A stretch of DNA of 64,000 bases from Pseudomonadota bacterium (GTDB lineage Bacteria > Pseudomonadota > Gammaproteobacteria > Steroidobacterales > MnTg04): the NCBI GenBank assembly GCA_022572885.1, contig JACZVC010000002.1, forward strand, positions 63,135-127,134, read 5' to 3'. The notes beneath the pieces were generated by a model. That model saw only the letters and a program-made list of their open reading frames with translations. It made no database searches and was not told where the DNA came from. This document shows, piece after piece, positions 21,364-30,448 of this stretch (position 1 is its first letter; each line of letters begins with the position of its first letter). A program made the position numbers and the translations under genes.

Positions 21364-21382
21364 TTGGCTTTTTGCAAGCCAA
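21364..21382. promoter_or_regulatory. Inverted repeat immediately upstream of the first gene of the 21396-33915 operon
   Basis: TTGGCTT-tttgc-AAGCCAA is a perfect 7-bp inverted repeat ending 14 nt before the ATG at 21396. It could be an operator or a 5'-UTR hairpin. Function is unknown. Confidence 0.3.
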
Positions 21383-21395
21383 GGGCAGGCTCACT

Positions 21396-23252
21396 ATGAA
21401 TAGCAAACGCTTAAGCAGAATCTGGGTACCGGTAGTTGCCGGTTTAATATTGACTGGCTGCGCAACGACGCAGCAACAATCTCAATCGCAAAGTCAGAGT
21501 CAGTCAAAGTCGCAAAGCCAGAGTCAGGCGCCGTCGCAGCCTCAGCTGCCATCGCCGAGCCAGAGTCAGGCTCAATCGCCATCGCAGCCTCAGTTGCCGT
21601 CGCCGAGCCAGAGTCAGGCTCAATCGCCATCGCAGCCTCAGCTGCCGTCGCCGAGCCAGAGTCAGGCTCAGGCGCAAAGTCAGGCAAGCTCATCGAGCGA
21701 GGCCTCCGCCAGTTCAACTTCCTCCCAGGGCGGGGAAAGTTCGGCGCAGGCAGATGCAAGCTACAGTGATGCCAGCGAGTCTGCAGCCAGCAGCGCTGCA
21801 TCCGATGCGGCCGATTCAGCGGGCGATGAAACGGAGGCACAGTCCGGCGACGAAGCGATGCGGGTAGCGGAGCAGGCGATCGAGGCCGCGAACGAGGCAC
21901 TGGAAGAGGCCTCTGTTGCAGTCGCCGAAGCGGCCGCGCAGTCCGCTGATGCAGCCCGGGTTGCGGCAGGTCAACCCGGCGCCACCGGGGAAGATTCGAC
22001 GACCGAGGACGCAGCGAGCGGCGAGGAGAATTTACAGGCGGCCGCAGAGGCAACGGAGGGCGCTCGCCAGGCTTTGCAGGGCCTGGTAGACATGATCGCC
22101 GCATCGCAAATGGCGGCGGGCGGGATCGGCGGCGCGACCGGCGCCGACAGCGACCAGATGGATGATGCCAGCGGCAGTCTGCCCGGGGATATTGGCAGTC
22201 CTGAATACCAGGAGGCATTAAAGAAAGCAGTTGGCGAGGCGCTGAGCGAAGCCGCCCGGCAAATAGAGAAAGCCAGCGGTGCACTGGCCGAGGCGGCCCG
22301 GCAATCCCAGGGCGATGAGTGGGCCGATTCCGAGCCGAGATCGGCTGCCGCGGGCAGCGAACAATCCGGTCAGCGTGCAGAATCGCAGGGTGCGAGCAAT
22401 GATGTCTCCGGCGATGAGTTGGCAGTCAGGCTGGCCGAAATGCAGGGACTGGCGCAGGTCATGAACGCAATCAACGAAGGCATGCAGGCGGCAGAGCTGG
22501 GAGGCCTTTCAGCGGTAAACCGCCAGGCCTCCACGCGGCTGATTCTTGAAGGCGATGTGACGGCCAGCCCGGGCAGTATTCTTTTGCCGGGTGGAATAGA
22601 GCTCCCGCTTGGCCTGGGTTTGCCCGGGGTGCTGGGTAGGCCGATTGGCGACGGCGGCGATATGCCCGGTGCGGTCGTAGTCGCCGGCGGGGGCTTCGAA
22701 TCCGGCAACAATCAGCGGGTGTTTGACGATGGCCAGGGCTCTTCAGGCAGCGGTAGCGGAGCGGTTGTGATTATTGCCGGCGCGCAATCGAGCAGTGACC
22801 GGGTCGCTGTGCTGGACACCAGGTTGTCAGGGTCGTTGACTATTTTCGATGGCATAATTCTGGCCAGCCAGGGATCCAAGATGGGATCGTCCGTTGGCGC
22901 CGGGGGTGGTTTTGGTGAACCGGGCCAGGAAACCGGTATTGGCGACGCGAGCGGGCAACCGGGTTTCGAGGGTGAGGGGCCGATGATTGCCGGTTCGGGG
23001 CAGACCGCTGGCGATGCGGCCGAGGGCCGCGACCAGACCAGCCTGGCAAGGGGCAAGGATACCGGACCCGGTGGCCGGCAAAGCGGCGGCGATGCCCTGC
23101 TGAACCCGCCGCCGGAGGGTGTTCCCGATGGCAGCGATGACGATATTGTCGCCAGGCAGTTGCGCGAGGCGGCGGAAAATGAGAGCGATCCTGAACTCAG
23201 GGACAAACTTTGGGATGAGTATCTTGCATACAAGAAGGCGACCGGGCAGTAA
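21396..23252 (+). CDS. Large low-complexity acidic lipoprotein (SQ/PSQ repeats, Ala/Glu/Ser-rich, Gly-rich middle)
   Basis: MNSKRLSRIWVPVVAGLILTGC (lipobox) is followed by (QS)n and three PSQPQLPSPSQSQAQS units, then long A/E/S/D-rich and G-rich tracts. The more ordered C-terminus is DDDIVARQLREAAENESDPELRDKLWDEYLAYKK. Confidence 0.65.
   Translation: MNSKRLSRIWVPVVAGLILTGCATTQQQSQSQSQSQSKSQSQSQAPSQPQLPSPSQSQAQSPSQPQLPSPSQSQAQSPSQPQLPSPSQSQAQAQSQASSSSEASASSTSSQGGESSAQADASYSDASESAASSAASDAADSAGDETEAQSGDEAMRVAEQAIEAANEALEEASVAVAEAAAQSADAARVAAGQPGATGEDSTTEDAASGEENLQAAAEATEGARQALQGLVDMIAASQMAAGGIGGATGADSDQMDDASGSLPGDIGSPEYQEALKKAVGEALSEAARQIEKASGALAEAARQSQGDEWADSEPRSAAAGSEQSGQRAESQGASNDVSGDELAVRLAEMQGLAQVMNAINEGMQAAELGGLSAVNRQASTRLILEGDVTASPGSILLPGGIELPLGLGLPGVLGRPIGDGGDMPGAVVVAGGGFESGNNQRVFDDGQGSSGSGSGAVVIIAGAQSSSDRVAVLDTRLSGSLTIFDGIILASQGSKMGSSVGAGGGFGEPGQETGIGDASGQPGFEGEGPMIAGSGQTAGDAAEGRDQTSLARGKDTGPGGRQSGGDALLNPPPEGVPDGSDDDIVARQLREAAENESDPELRDKLWDEYLAYKKATGQ
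21531..21674 (+). repeat. Three tandem near-identical 48-bp (16-codon) coding repeats
   Basis: Copies at 21531-21578, 21579-21626 and 21627-21674 differ by a few synonymous or near-synonymous bases. They encode PSQPQLPSPSQSQAQS. An imperfect CAR-AGY (QS) hexanucleotide tract at 21478-21530 precedes them. Confidence 0.9.
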
Positions 23253-24478
23253 TGACCCCCAGGAAATTCAATATCGCCATTGTTCTGTCGATGCTGGCTT
23301 TTGCGGGCGGCTGTGTTCAGCACCAAATCATCAAGGCGAACCCGACGAGGCTCCAGACAGCCAGCCAGGACATTCCTGACTCGACGGTCCTTGATGTTGG
23401 GGTGGCGATTTTTGATCCGGGTGTTGCGGATGATCTTGGGGTACGCGAGGAGCAAGAGGAAAGCCGCAACATTTTCCCTGAAGTCCGCAAGGCGGAGGCT
23501 CGCTACATGGCATTCCAGCTGAAGCGGGTGCTGGAAAATTCCGGTAGCTGGGGCGCGGTCAGGGTTTTGCCAAAGGCTTCAAAGGGCACCGATTTGATGA
23601 TTTTCGGTAAAATACTCTCGTCCGACGGGGAAGTGCTCAAACTCAGGGTTACCGCCGTCGATGCGACCGGGCACCGGTGGCTGGATAAAAAATACGAGGA
23701 TCGGGCGAGCAAATATGCCTACAAGGACTACGTTCCGTCTCGAGGCGACCCGTTTCTCGATCTTTATAATTCGGTCGCCAACGATTTGCTGGCCATCCAC
23801 CAGCAGATGACGGTCGGCCAGCTTGAAAATATTCGTCGCGTCGCCGAGCTCAGGTTCGCCGGCGATCTGTCGGCCGAAGTTTTTGGCGATTATCTTGTGG
23901 AGCGTAAAGGATTATACGAGGTTCGCCGATTGCCATCGGTGGACGACCCCATGGTCGCCAGGATGCTGCGCATCCGCCAGCGCGAATACATGTACATCGA
24001 TACACTGGACGAGTATTACGCGGACTTGTACCGGCAGATGGATCAGCCGTACGCGGATTGGAGAAAATTCACCTTCGAAGAAGCGCAGGCGTTGCGCGAG
24101 CTCAAAGCTGCCGCCAGAAACCGGAAGCTCGCTGGCCTGGCGATGATAGTCGGCGGGGTTGTCGTGGACAGTAAATCGAATACGCAGGCGGCCAGGATAG
24201 CGGGCGCCAGTGGCGTGATCGGGGGAATCGCCGTTTTCAAAAGCGGCATGGACAGGGGCAAGGAAGCGAAACTCCATTTTGAAGCGATGAAGGAGCTGGG
24301 CGAGTCCATGGAAGCGCAGGTCGCGCCGATGGTGGTCGAGGTCGAAGGCCAGACGATCGAACTGACCGGGAGCGTGGATGCGCAATTCGATGAGTGGAGA
24401 GTCATCCTCCGGGATATCTATGCCGCAGAAACCGGTATTATTGTGGGAGAACTGGATACAGCCCTCGATCCGGGCTAG
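23252..24478 (+). CDS. Hypothetical lipoprotein with a Gly/Ala-rich hydrophobic segment near the C-terminus
   Basis: Lipobox AFAGGC. The ATG overlaps the preceding stop by 1 nt. No family recognised. Hydrophobic stretch LAGLAMIVGGVVV...GASGVIGGIAVF. Confidence 0.6.
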   Translation: MTPRKFNIAIVLSMLAFAGGCVQHQIIKANPTRLQTASQDIPDSTVLDVGVAIFDPGVADDLGVREEQEESRNIFPEVRKAEARYMAFQLKRVLENSGSWGAVRVLPKASKGTDLMIFGKILSSDGEVLKLRVTAVDATGHRWLDKKYEDRASKYAYKDYVPSRGDPFLDLYNSVANDLLAIHQQMTVGQLENIRRVAELRFAGDLSAEVFGDYLVERKGLYEVRRLPSVDDPMVARMLRIRQREYMYIDTLDEYYADLYRQMDQPYADWRKFTFEEAQALRELKAAARNRKLAGLAMIVGGVVVDSKSNTQAARIAGASGVIGGIAVFKSGMDRGKEAKLHFEAMKELGESMEAQVAPMVVEVEGQTIELTGSVDAQFDEWRVILRDIYAAETGIIVGELDTALDPG

Positions 24479-24493
24479 GCAGACTTCCATACG

Positions 24494-26869
24494 ATGAGGG
24501 AATATCAAAAGGGGCAGCACTTATCTGGCCGTTTCACCCTGATCACTCTCTTGGGGCAGGGGGGCATGGGTGAAGTCTGGCTGGCCAAAGACGACCACCT
24601 TGCGCGTGATGTAGCGCTGAAAATCCTGAGCCCCGCATTGGCCGCAAACCCGGCCATGGTTGAACTGTTGCGCGACGAATGTCGCCTGACCCGACAAATG
24701 GTGCATCCCAACATCGTTCGGGTTCATGAATTCCACAGCGATGGCGACAGCCACTTTATCTCCATGGAATATGTCGAGGGAGACAGCCTGGAAGCGCTGG
24801 CTGGCCGCCATCATGAAGTCTGGCTGCCGGTGTTGCTACCGGCGCTGGATGCGCTCGAATACGCACACCAGGCTGGCATGGTGCACCGCGATATCAAGCT
24901 CAGCAACGTGTTGTACACCGCCAACGGGGAGGTCAGGCTATGCGACTTTGGCATCGGCGGGATTATCGGCAAGCAAAGCGATGCATTTCCTGGCGGGTCG
25001 CCGTTTTCGGCCAGCCCCCAGCAGCTTGATGGTCAGCCAGGTTCGATCGGCGACGATATTTACGCGGTTGGCGCGATGATCTACGCCTTGATGTCCGGGA
25101 AGCCTCCCTTTTATGCGGACCCGGACCAGAAAAAGATTGCCGGCCAGGTGCCGCCGCCGCCGAAGACGGATTACCCACCGCCGGACGGGCTCGTGGAGTT
25201 GGTGATGCGCATCCTGGCCAAGGACCCACTGGAGCGGCCCGATTCGATCGGTGAGGTGCGGGAACTGCTTGCCGACATCACTGGCGTCAGTTCGGCCACC
25301 ACGCGGCCACCCGGTGAGTTGGCCAGCACCGGCAGCGGTACCGGCAAAATCGTAGCGATTCGACGGCAGCACAATGTGCCCGGAAGCGACCGGCCAGGAT
25401 CAGGCCAGGAAGATCTGCCGAGCAGATCCTGGCTGCCCGGTCTGGCGATGGCCCTGCTGTTGCTCATTGCTGCGGTGGTGTTCCTCTACCTGCCCAGCCA
25501 GGTTGCGAAGCGCGAGCCGGTGCCCGGAGTTGAAATTCAATGGCCGACCGATGAGATCGCCGAGGAGCAGCCCCCGGCTGCAGTTGCCGATACTCCATCC
25601 TCTGCCGATAAGCGGCTCGCGCCTTACGAACAGGCGCAGGCGACCCGCGACCGCGAGGAAGCGGAACTCCTGGTGGCGCGGCTGCTGCGCCGGCAGATTG
25701 CCCTGGAAGACCAGGCGGTTCATTTGTGGGCCGGCGATGAATTCAATGCGGCGGTTGAGCTGGTTCGGAGCGCCGACAGCCTGTTCCACAAGGATGACTA
25801 TGCCAGCGCGCTGAACGCCTATCAAACCGCGCTGGATGAAATCGACCGTCTGTCAGGGCAGGTTGACGGCGTATTGAATGCTGCGCTCGAGGACGGCGGA
25901 CAGGCGTTGCTCGATGGCGATCCGGAGACAGCGCAACTGAATTTTGAACTGGCCGCGGCGATCGATCCGGACAACCTCGATGCTTCACAGGGTCTGAGCC
26001 GAGCGGCCACTGTCGAACAGGTCCTGGCGCTGATGGCGGTGGCCGAGGCAAAGGCCGCGGATGGCGATTTGTTGGGCGCGAAGCAGAGCTACCAGGAATT
26101 GCTGGCCATCGACGCCGAATGGCAGCCGGCAAAGACAGCGTTGGGGCAACTGAATCGCAGCCTGGCGATGCAAAATTACAGCAGGCAGATGTCCGCCGGC
26201 TTCGCCAGCCTGGCCGACAACAGACTGCATAGAGCCCGGGACGCATTTCGGTCGGCTTTGCGAATGAGACCGGGTTCGGAAGACGCCCAGGATGGCCTTT
26301 CCCAGGTCGAGGCGGCGATAAAACTGGCCGAAATTTCACGCTTGCGGACGCAAGCGGAAGCGTACGCCGTTGTTGAGCAATGGCCGCTGGCGCTCAACGA
26401 TTATCAATCCGCTTTAAAGCTCGATCCGAATCTTGTTTTTGCCCGCGATGGAGAAGCTCGCGCACAGAAAATGGTTCGTATCGACAAGGAATTCGCGCTC
26501 TACGTGGTGCAACCCGATCGGCTGGGAGAGGACAACGTTTACCAGGCGGCCTTGGGATTCCTCGAACAGGCTCGTTTGCTGGCCGACCCGGGACCACGTT
26601 TGCAGGCCCAGTTGCTCCAACTCCAGGTTCAGCTCCAGGTTGCACGAATCCCCGTCAGGGTAGACCTGGTCTCGGATCAAATGACGGAAGTATTCATAAA
26701 CCGGATTGGCAAGATCGGCACATTTGCCAAGCACGCGGTGCGACTGGTACCGGGTAAGTACACGCTGATCGGTACACGCGACGGTTATCGTGATGTTCGG
26801 CAGCAACTGGTAGTCCAGCCGGGCATCTCGCCGGAGCCGGTACTGATCCGTTGCGAGGAAAAGATTTGA
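24494..26869 (+). CDS. Hanks-type Ser/Thr protein kinase - TM - periplasmic TPR-like region - C-terminal PEGA-like beta domain
   Basis: GQGGMGEVWLA, VALKIL (catalytic Lys), VHRDIKLSNVL and DFGIG motifs. TM is LPGLAMALLLLIAAVVFLYL. TPR-like helices follow. The C-terminus VRLVPGKYTLIGTRDGYRDVRQQLVV is PEGA-like. Confidence 0.88.
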   Translation: MREYQKGQHLSGRFTLITLLGQGGMGEVWLAKDDHLARDVALKILSPALAANPAMVELLRDECRLTRQMVHPNIVRVHEFHSDGDSHFISMEYVEGDSLEALAGRHHEVWLPVLLPALDALEYAHQAGMVHRDIKLSNVLYTANGEVRLCDFGIGGIIGKQSDAFPGGSPFSASPQQLDGQPGSIGDDIYAVGAMIYALMSGKPPFYADPDQKKIAGQVPPPPKTDYPPPDGLVELVMRILAKDPLERPDSIGEVRELLADITGVSSATTRPPGELASTGSGTGKIVAIRRQHNVPGSDRPGSGQEDLPSRSWLPGLAMALLLLIAAVVFLYLPSQVAKREPVPGVEIQWPTDEIAEEQPPAAVADTPSSADKRLAPYEQAQATRDREEAELLVARLLRRQIALEDQAVHLWAGDEFNAAVELVRSADSLFHKDDYASALNAYQTALDEIDRLSGQVDGVLNAALEDGGQALLDGDPETAQLNFELAAAIDPDNLDASQGLSRAATVEQVLALMAVAEAKAADGDLLGAKQSYQELLAIDAEWQPAKTALGQLNRSLAMQNYSRQMSAGFASLADNRLHRARDAFRSALRMRPGSEDAQDGLSQVEAAIKLAEISRLRTQAEAYAVVEQWPLALNDYQSALKLDPNLVFARDGEARAQKMVRIDKEFALYVVQPDRLGEDNVYQAALGFLEQARLLADPGPRLQAQLLQLQVQLQVARIPVRVDLVSDQMTEVFINRIGKIGTFAKHAVRLVPGKYTLIGTRDGYRDVRQQLVVQPGISPEPVLIRCEEKI

Positions 26870-29331
26870 CTGCCGATGGCGATAAGGAAGCCGGTTTTTC
26901 CGAATTGTTTCTGGTGGTCGATGAATCCGGCCGGGTTGCCATGGCCCCCGCCGCGCCGGCGGATGAACAGGCAATACTGGCCAGGTTTTCCGCAACGGTC
27001 GGGCAGGTCCGGGTTTGCGTTCAATCTGCGGCGGTTCCGGTGTTGTGCAATGGCGCAAGGCTGACCGAGGCGCGGGTACTGAAAAACGGGGATCGACTCC
27101 GCGCCGGCGATCTGGCTTTGAATTTCGTTGTGGACGGTCGTGGCGGAATTTTGTACCAGCAGGCCGCGGACGAAAACGCGACCCTTCCCCCCGGTAGTAA
27201 CGAAGCGCAAGAGAAAAAAGTCTGGTTGCTGTTGGCGGGCCCACGAGACGAAGGCATCAGCGAGGAGATCCGGCTGCCGGCGGCGGATCAGACCGGCACG
27301 AAAATCTCGCCCGGGCGGTACCTCAAAAGTGCAGATACCGGCAGCGGAAAAAAACGCCTGGCGGTGTTGCCACTGGCAATCGGAGGGGTTTTCGTTTTGC
27401 TGGGCCTGGTCGCCGGTTTTATGTTTTCGGCAACGGCAGTCCGCATCGTCATCGATCCGGCGCCTGACAGCATCGACGTGGATGGCAAATGGGTTAGCCT
27501 GGAACTCGGGGGCCGTTATCTTCTGCTGCCTGGGAAAGCCAGGATCAGCATACAAAAATCGGAATATTACCCTTTGCAAGAAACCTTTGAGGTTGAACGA
27601 AAGGCCAACCAGGAAGTGTCTTTCCGGTTGACCAGATTACCCGACCTTTTTGAGATTCTGAGCGAACCTGCCGGTTCCGCATCCGTGCAAATCGATGGGA
27701 AACCGGTGGGTCGGACCCCTTTGACAGAGTTGGTCCTGCATGCGGGTGAGCATGAACTGCTGGTCACGGCGGAGCGGTTCCTGGATTATCGCGAGACGGT
27801 TCAGGTGGCAGGCGGTGGCAAGCGCAAGGTGATCACCGTCAATCTGCAACCGGCCTGGGCAAAGGTGGAACTCATTACAACGCCCGCCGGCGCCCGGATT
27901 TTCGTGGACGATCAGGAAATTGGCAGCACACCATTGTCGGTGGAGATGCTGCAAGGCTCACGACAACTAAGGATCAGCAAGACCGGTTTCAAAACCTGGC
28001 GGGAAAACATCAAGATAACCGCCGGAGAACATCAGAGGCTGCCGATAATACTGACCAGGGCCGATGGCAAGGTGGCCATTCGTACAGATCCGCCGGGCGC
28101 AAGCGTAACCATCGATTCGCAGTATCGCGGGCGTACGCCATTGAACATTGCGCTGGCCCCGGATCGGGAATATCAGGTGACCTTTAGCTTGTCTGGTTAT
28201 CAGAAAGCGTCCCGCAGCATCTCCGTACGCTCCGATCGGGATGCCAGCGTGCTGGTCAATCTGCGTGCTTTGCTTGGCATGGTTGATATTCGCAGTGAGC
28301 CCGCCGGTGCCACGATAAAAATAGACGGAGTCGAGCGCGGCCAAACCAACCTGAAGCTGCAGTTGTCTGCGCTGCCGCACCTGGTCGAGTTTTCCAAACC
28401 TGGCTATGCACCGTATCACGCCAGGGTGACGCCCAGACCAGGTTTCGAACAACAGCTCGTTGCCCGGCTGAGGACGCTGGACCAGGCTCGCTGGGATGCG
28501 ATACCGACGACCATAAAAACCGCTCTCGGCCAGTCGCTCAAGCTGGTGCGCGGGGGCAGGGTGGATATGGGTGCCCCACGCCGCCAGATGGGCAGACGCG
28601 CCAACGAAATTCAGTATCCGGTGAAACTGGTGCGCGCATTTTACCTCGGCACGCACGAGGTCACCAATGCGGATTATCGCCGCTTCCAACCGGAGCATAA
28701 ATCGGGCGCCGTGAAAACGACCAGTTTGAACCAGGGCAGCCATCCGGTCGTGCAGATAAGCTGGCAGGATGCCGTAAAATTTTGTAACTGGCTGAGCAAA
28801 AAGGGCGGCTTGCCAGCCGCCTATATAGAAAAGGACGAAAAAATGGTGGCGGTCAGCCCGCTGAATACCGGGTACCGTTTGCCGAGCGAAGCCGAGTGGG
28901 CTTTCGCGCAGCGAATGGCGGATGACGGCGTCAGGAAAATGTATCCGTGGGGAGATGCGCTGCCGCCCGATGACGGTTCGGGCAACTTTGCCGATGTCTC
29001 GGCGAGACCCGTTTTATCCGCGGTAATCGAGAAATACGACGACCAGTATCTCGCCACCGCGCCGGTGGGGCAATTCGATGCCAATGTGGCAGGCTTTTAT
29101 GATCTTGCGGGTAATGTCGCCGAATGGACGCATGACTACTATTCTGCGGATCCATTGATGACCGGGCAGCTTACTATCGATCCGTTCGGACCGGTCAACG
29201 GGGAGTATCATGTGGTCAGGGGATCCAGCTGGACATCGGCCGAGATAAGCGAGTTGCGGGTCAGCTATCGGGATTACGGCAGCGAACCCCGACACGATCT
29301 CGGCTTTCGACTGGCACGATACCTTGAATAA
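26851..29331 (+). CDS. Membrane protein: N-terminal cytoplasmic (possibly degenerate FHA-like) region - TM - about 5 PEGA repeats - C-terminal FGE-sulfatase/SUMF1-fold domain lacking the catalytic Cys pair
   Basis: TTG starts at 26851 or 26866, the latter overlapping the kinase stop as TTGA. PEGA repeats include SEPAGSASVQIDGKPVGRTPL, TTPAGARIFVDDQEIGSTPL, TDPPGASVTIDSQYRGRTPL and SEPAGATIKIDGVERGQTNL. FGE-fold motifs are YLGTHEVTNADYRRF, HPVVQISWQDAVKFCNWL, YRLPSEAEWAFA, NVAEWTHDYY and GFRLARY. Where true FGEs carry RGGSWxCxxxxC, this protein reads RGSSWTSAEISELRVSYR, with no Cys. Confidence 0.82.
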   Translation: MRGKDLTADGDKEAGFSELFLVVDESGRVAMAPAAPADEQAILARFSATVGQVRVCVQSAAVPVLCNGARLTEARVLKNGDRLRAGDLALNFVVDGRGGILYQQAADENATLPPGSNEAQEKKVWLLLAGPRDEGISEEIRLPAADQTGTKISPGRYLKSADTGSGKKRLAVLPLAIGGVFVLLGLVAGFMFSATAVRIVIDPAPDSIDVDGKWVSLELGGRYLLLPGKARISIQKSEYYPLQETFEVERKANQEVSFRLTRLPDLFEILSEPAGSASVQIDGKPVGRTPLTELVLHAGEHELLVTAERFLDYRETVQVAGGGKRKVITVNLQPAWAKVELITTPAGARIFVDDQEIGSTPLSVEMLQGSRQLRISKTGFKTWRENIKITAGEHQRLPIILTRADGKVAIRTDPPGASVTIDSQYRGRTPLNIALAPDREYQVTFSLSGYQKASRSISVRSDRDASVLVNLRALLGMVDIRSEPAGATIKIDGVERGQTNLKLQLSALPHLVEFSKPGYAPYHARVTPRPGFEQQLVARLRTLDQARWDAIPTTIKTALGQSLKLVRGGRVDMGAPRRQMGRRANEIQYPVKLVRAFYLGTHEVTNADYRRFQPEHKSGAVKTTSLNQGSHPVVQISWQDAVKFCNWLSKKGGLPAAYIEKDEKMVAVSPLNTGYRLPSEAEWAFAQRMADDGVRKMYPWGDALPPDDGSGNFADVSARPVLSAVIEKYDDQYLATAPVGQFDANVAGFYDLAGNVAEWTHDYYSADPLMTGQLTIDPFGPVNGEYHVVRGSSWTSAEISELRVSYRDYGSEPRHDLGFRLARYLE

Positions 29332-29346
29332 GCGGAATCTTGGAAG

Positions 29347-29625
29347 ATGAATAAAAAGGTCTGGCTGTTAACCTTGGGGGCGCTCGTATCGGCACAGTTT
29401 CTTTTTGCGCCGCGGCTTGCCGCGCAGGATTATGATGCCGAGCCACCGCCTGAGCAGGAGGCGCGCGAAGAAACGGTCCCGGCCGATCCTGGCGGGGAAT
29501 CGTCGGCTGAGGAGGATTCGAAAATCAGGCAGGATTCTGCGCAAACGATTGACGATCTGGACAGTTTTGTGCCCAGCGTAGAGATTTCCAGCGACTTGTC
29601 CATTTCCTATCCAGTAGATATCTGA
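29347..29625 (+). CDS. Small secreted acidic protein (92 aa)
   Basis: Signal peptide MNKKVWLLTLGALVSAQFLFAPRLAAQ, then an acidic mature part ending FVPSVEISSDLSISYPVDI. Sits 15 nt after the previous gene and 17 nt before the MotA/ExbB-like gene. No family recognised. Confidence 0.55.
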   Translation: MNKKVWLLTLGALVSAQFLFAPRLAAQDYDAEPPPEQEAREETVPADPGGESSAEEDSKIRQDSAQTIDDLDSFVPSVEISSDLSISYPVDI

Positions 29626-29642
29626 ACAGACCAGGGGTAGAC

Positions 29643-30440
29643 ATGACACGACGATGGCCAGTTGAATTTCTTTACCAGATATTTTCCCTGATTGTCGCGG
29701 TGATCGTCGTGCATGCGACCTATGTATCGATGATCAGACCGCAAGCCGATGCCATATTGCTTGAGCGGGAAATCCTGATGGAGCGGGACGCGCTCTACGT
29801 TCCGCCACGATCCCTGTACGTCATCATCAGGGATTTCGAGCAGGAAACCTGTTTTATCCTGATGCTTTGGGCATTCGCCTTGATGGGCTACAAGGCCGTG
29901 GCAACCAGCAAGGAGCGCAGTTTTGTGTTCGAGAAACTGATCGATGTCGGCGAAGGCATGAGCATCCTGCCGGAAGATACCCGCGAATACGCCAGATCGC
30001 TGGAGGCCATGGGTCCTGAACAGCAGCGCCGGCTGTTGCCGCGCGCGTTGCTGACGGCCCTGCACCGGTTCCGCTCGACCAAAAGCATTCAGGATGTATC
30101 CACGGCGGTAAAAAATATCTGTGATACGGAGTATGAGCGGATGGACACCGAGTTATCGATGGTGCGCTATCTCGCCTGGGCAATCCCATCGGTCGGTTTT
30201 ATCGGCACCGTGCGTGGCATCGGGCAGGCGCTGGGTCGAGCCAACGAGGCCGTGGCTGGCGATATCAGCGGCGTGACCCAGTCACTGGGCGTCGCCTTTA
30301 ATTCGACTTTTGTCGCCCTCGTTATCAGCATCGTCCTGATGTTTTTGTTGCATCAGTTGCAAGAAGCGCAAGAACGGCTGGTTCTCGACTCACAGAACTA
30401 TGTCGATGAGCAACTGATACGGTACCTGCAGGTTCGATAA
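29643..30440 (+). CDS. MotA/TolQ/ExbB-family proton-channel protein
   Basis: Has several predicted TM helices. The signature PSVGFIGTVRGIGQAL matches TolQ/ExbB GL(F/L)GTVWGI. The following GVAFNSTFVALVISIVLMFL matches the final TM of the family. Confidence 0.8.
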   Translation: MTRRWPVEFLYQIFSLIVAVIVVHATYVSMIRPQADAILLEREILMERDALYVPPRSLYVIIRDFEQETCFILMLWAFALMGYKAVATSKERSFVFEKLIDVGEGMSILPEDTREYARSLEAMGPEQQRRLLPRALLTALHRFRSTKSIQDVSTAVKNICDTEYERMDTELSMVRYLAWAIPSVGFIGTVRGIGQALGRANEAVAGDISGVTQSLGVAFNSTFVALVISIVLMFLLHQLQEAQERLVLDSQNYVDEQLIRYLQVR

Positions 30441-30448
30441 TCCCGGAG

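Noticed and set aside
21478-21674. Repeat array considered as a possible CRISPR or minisatellite
   Set aside because: The repeats are contiguous with no spacers, are in frame and lie inside a coding region (QS and PSQPQLPSPSQSQAQS units). No cas genes are present.
28560-29331. FGE/C-type-lectin-fold C-terminus as a diversity-generating-retroelement target
   Set aside because: There is no reverse transcriptase gene, and no nearby template-repeat copy of the 3' end of the gene is visible in the window.
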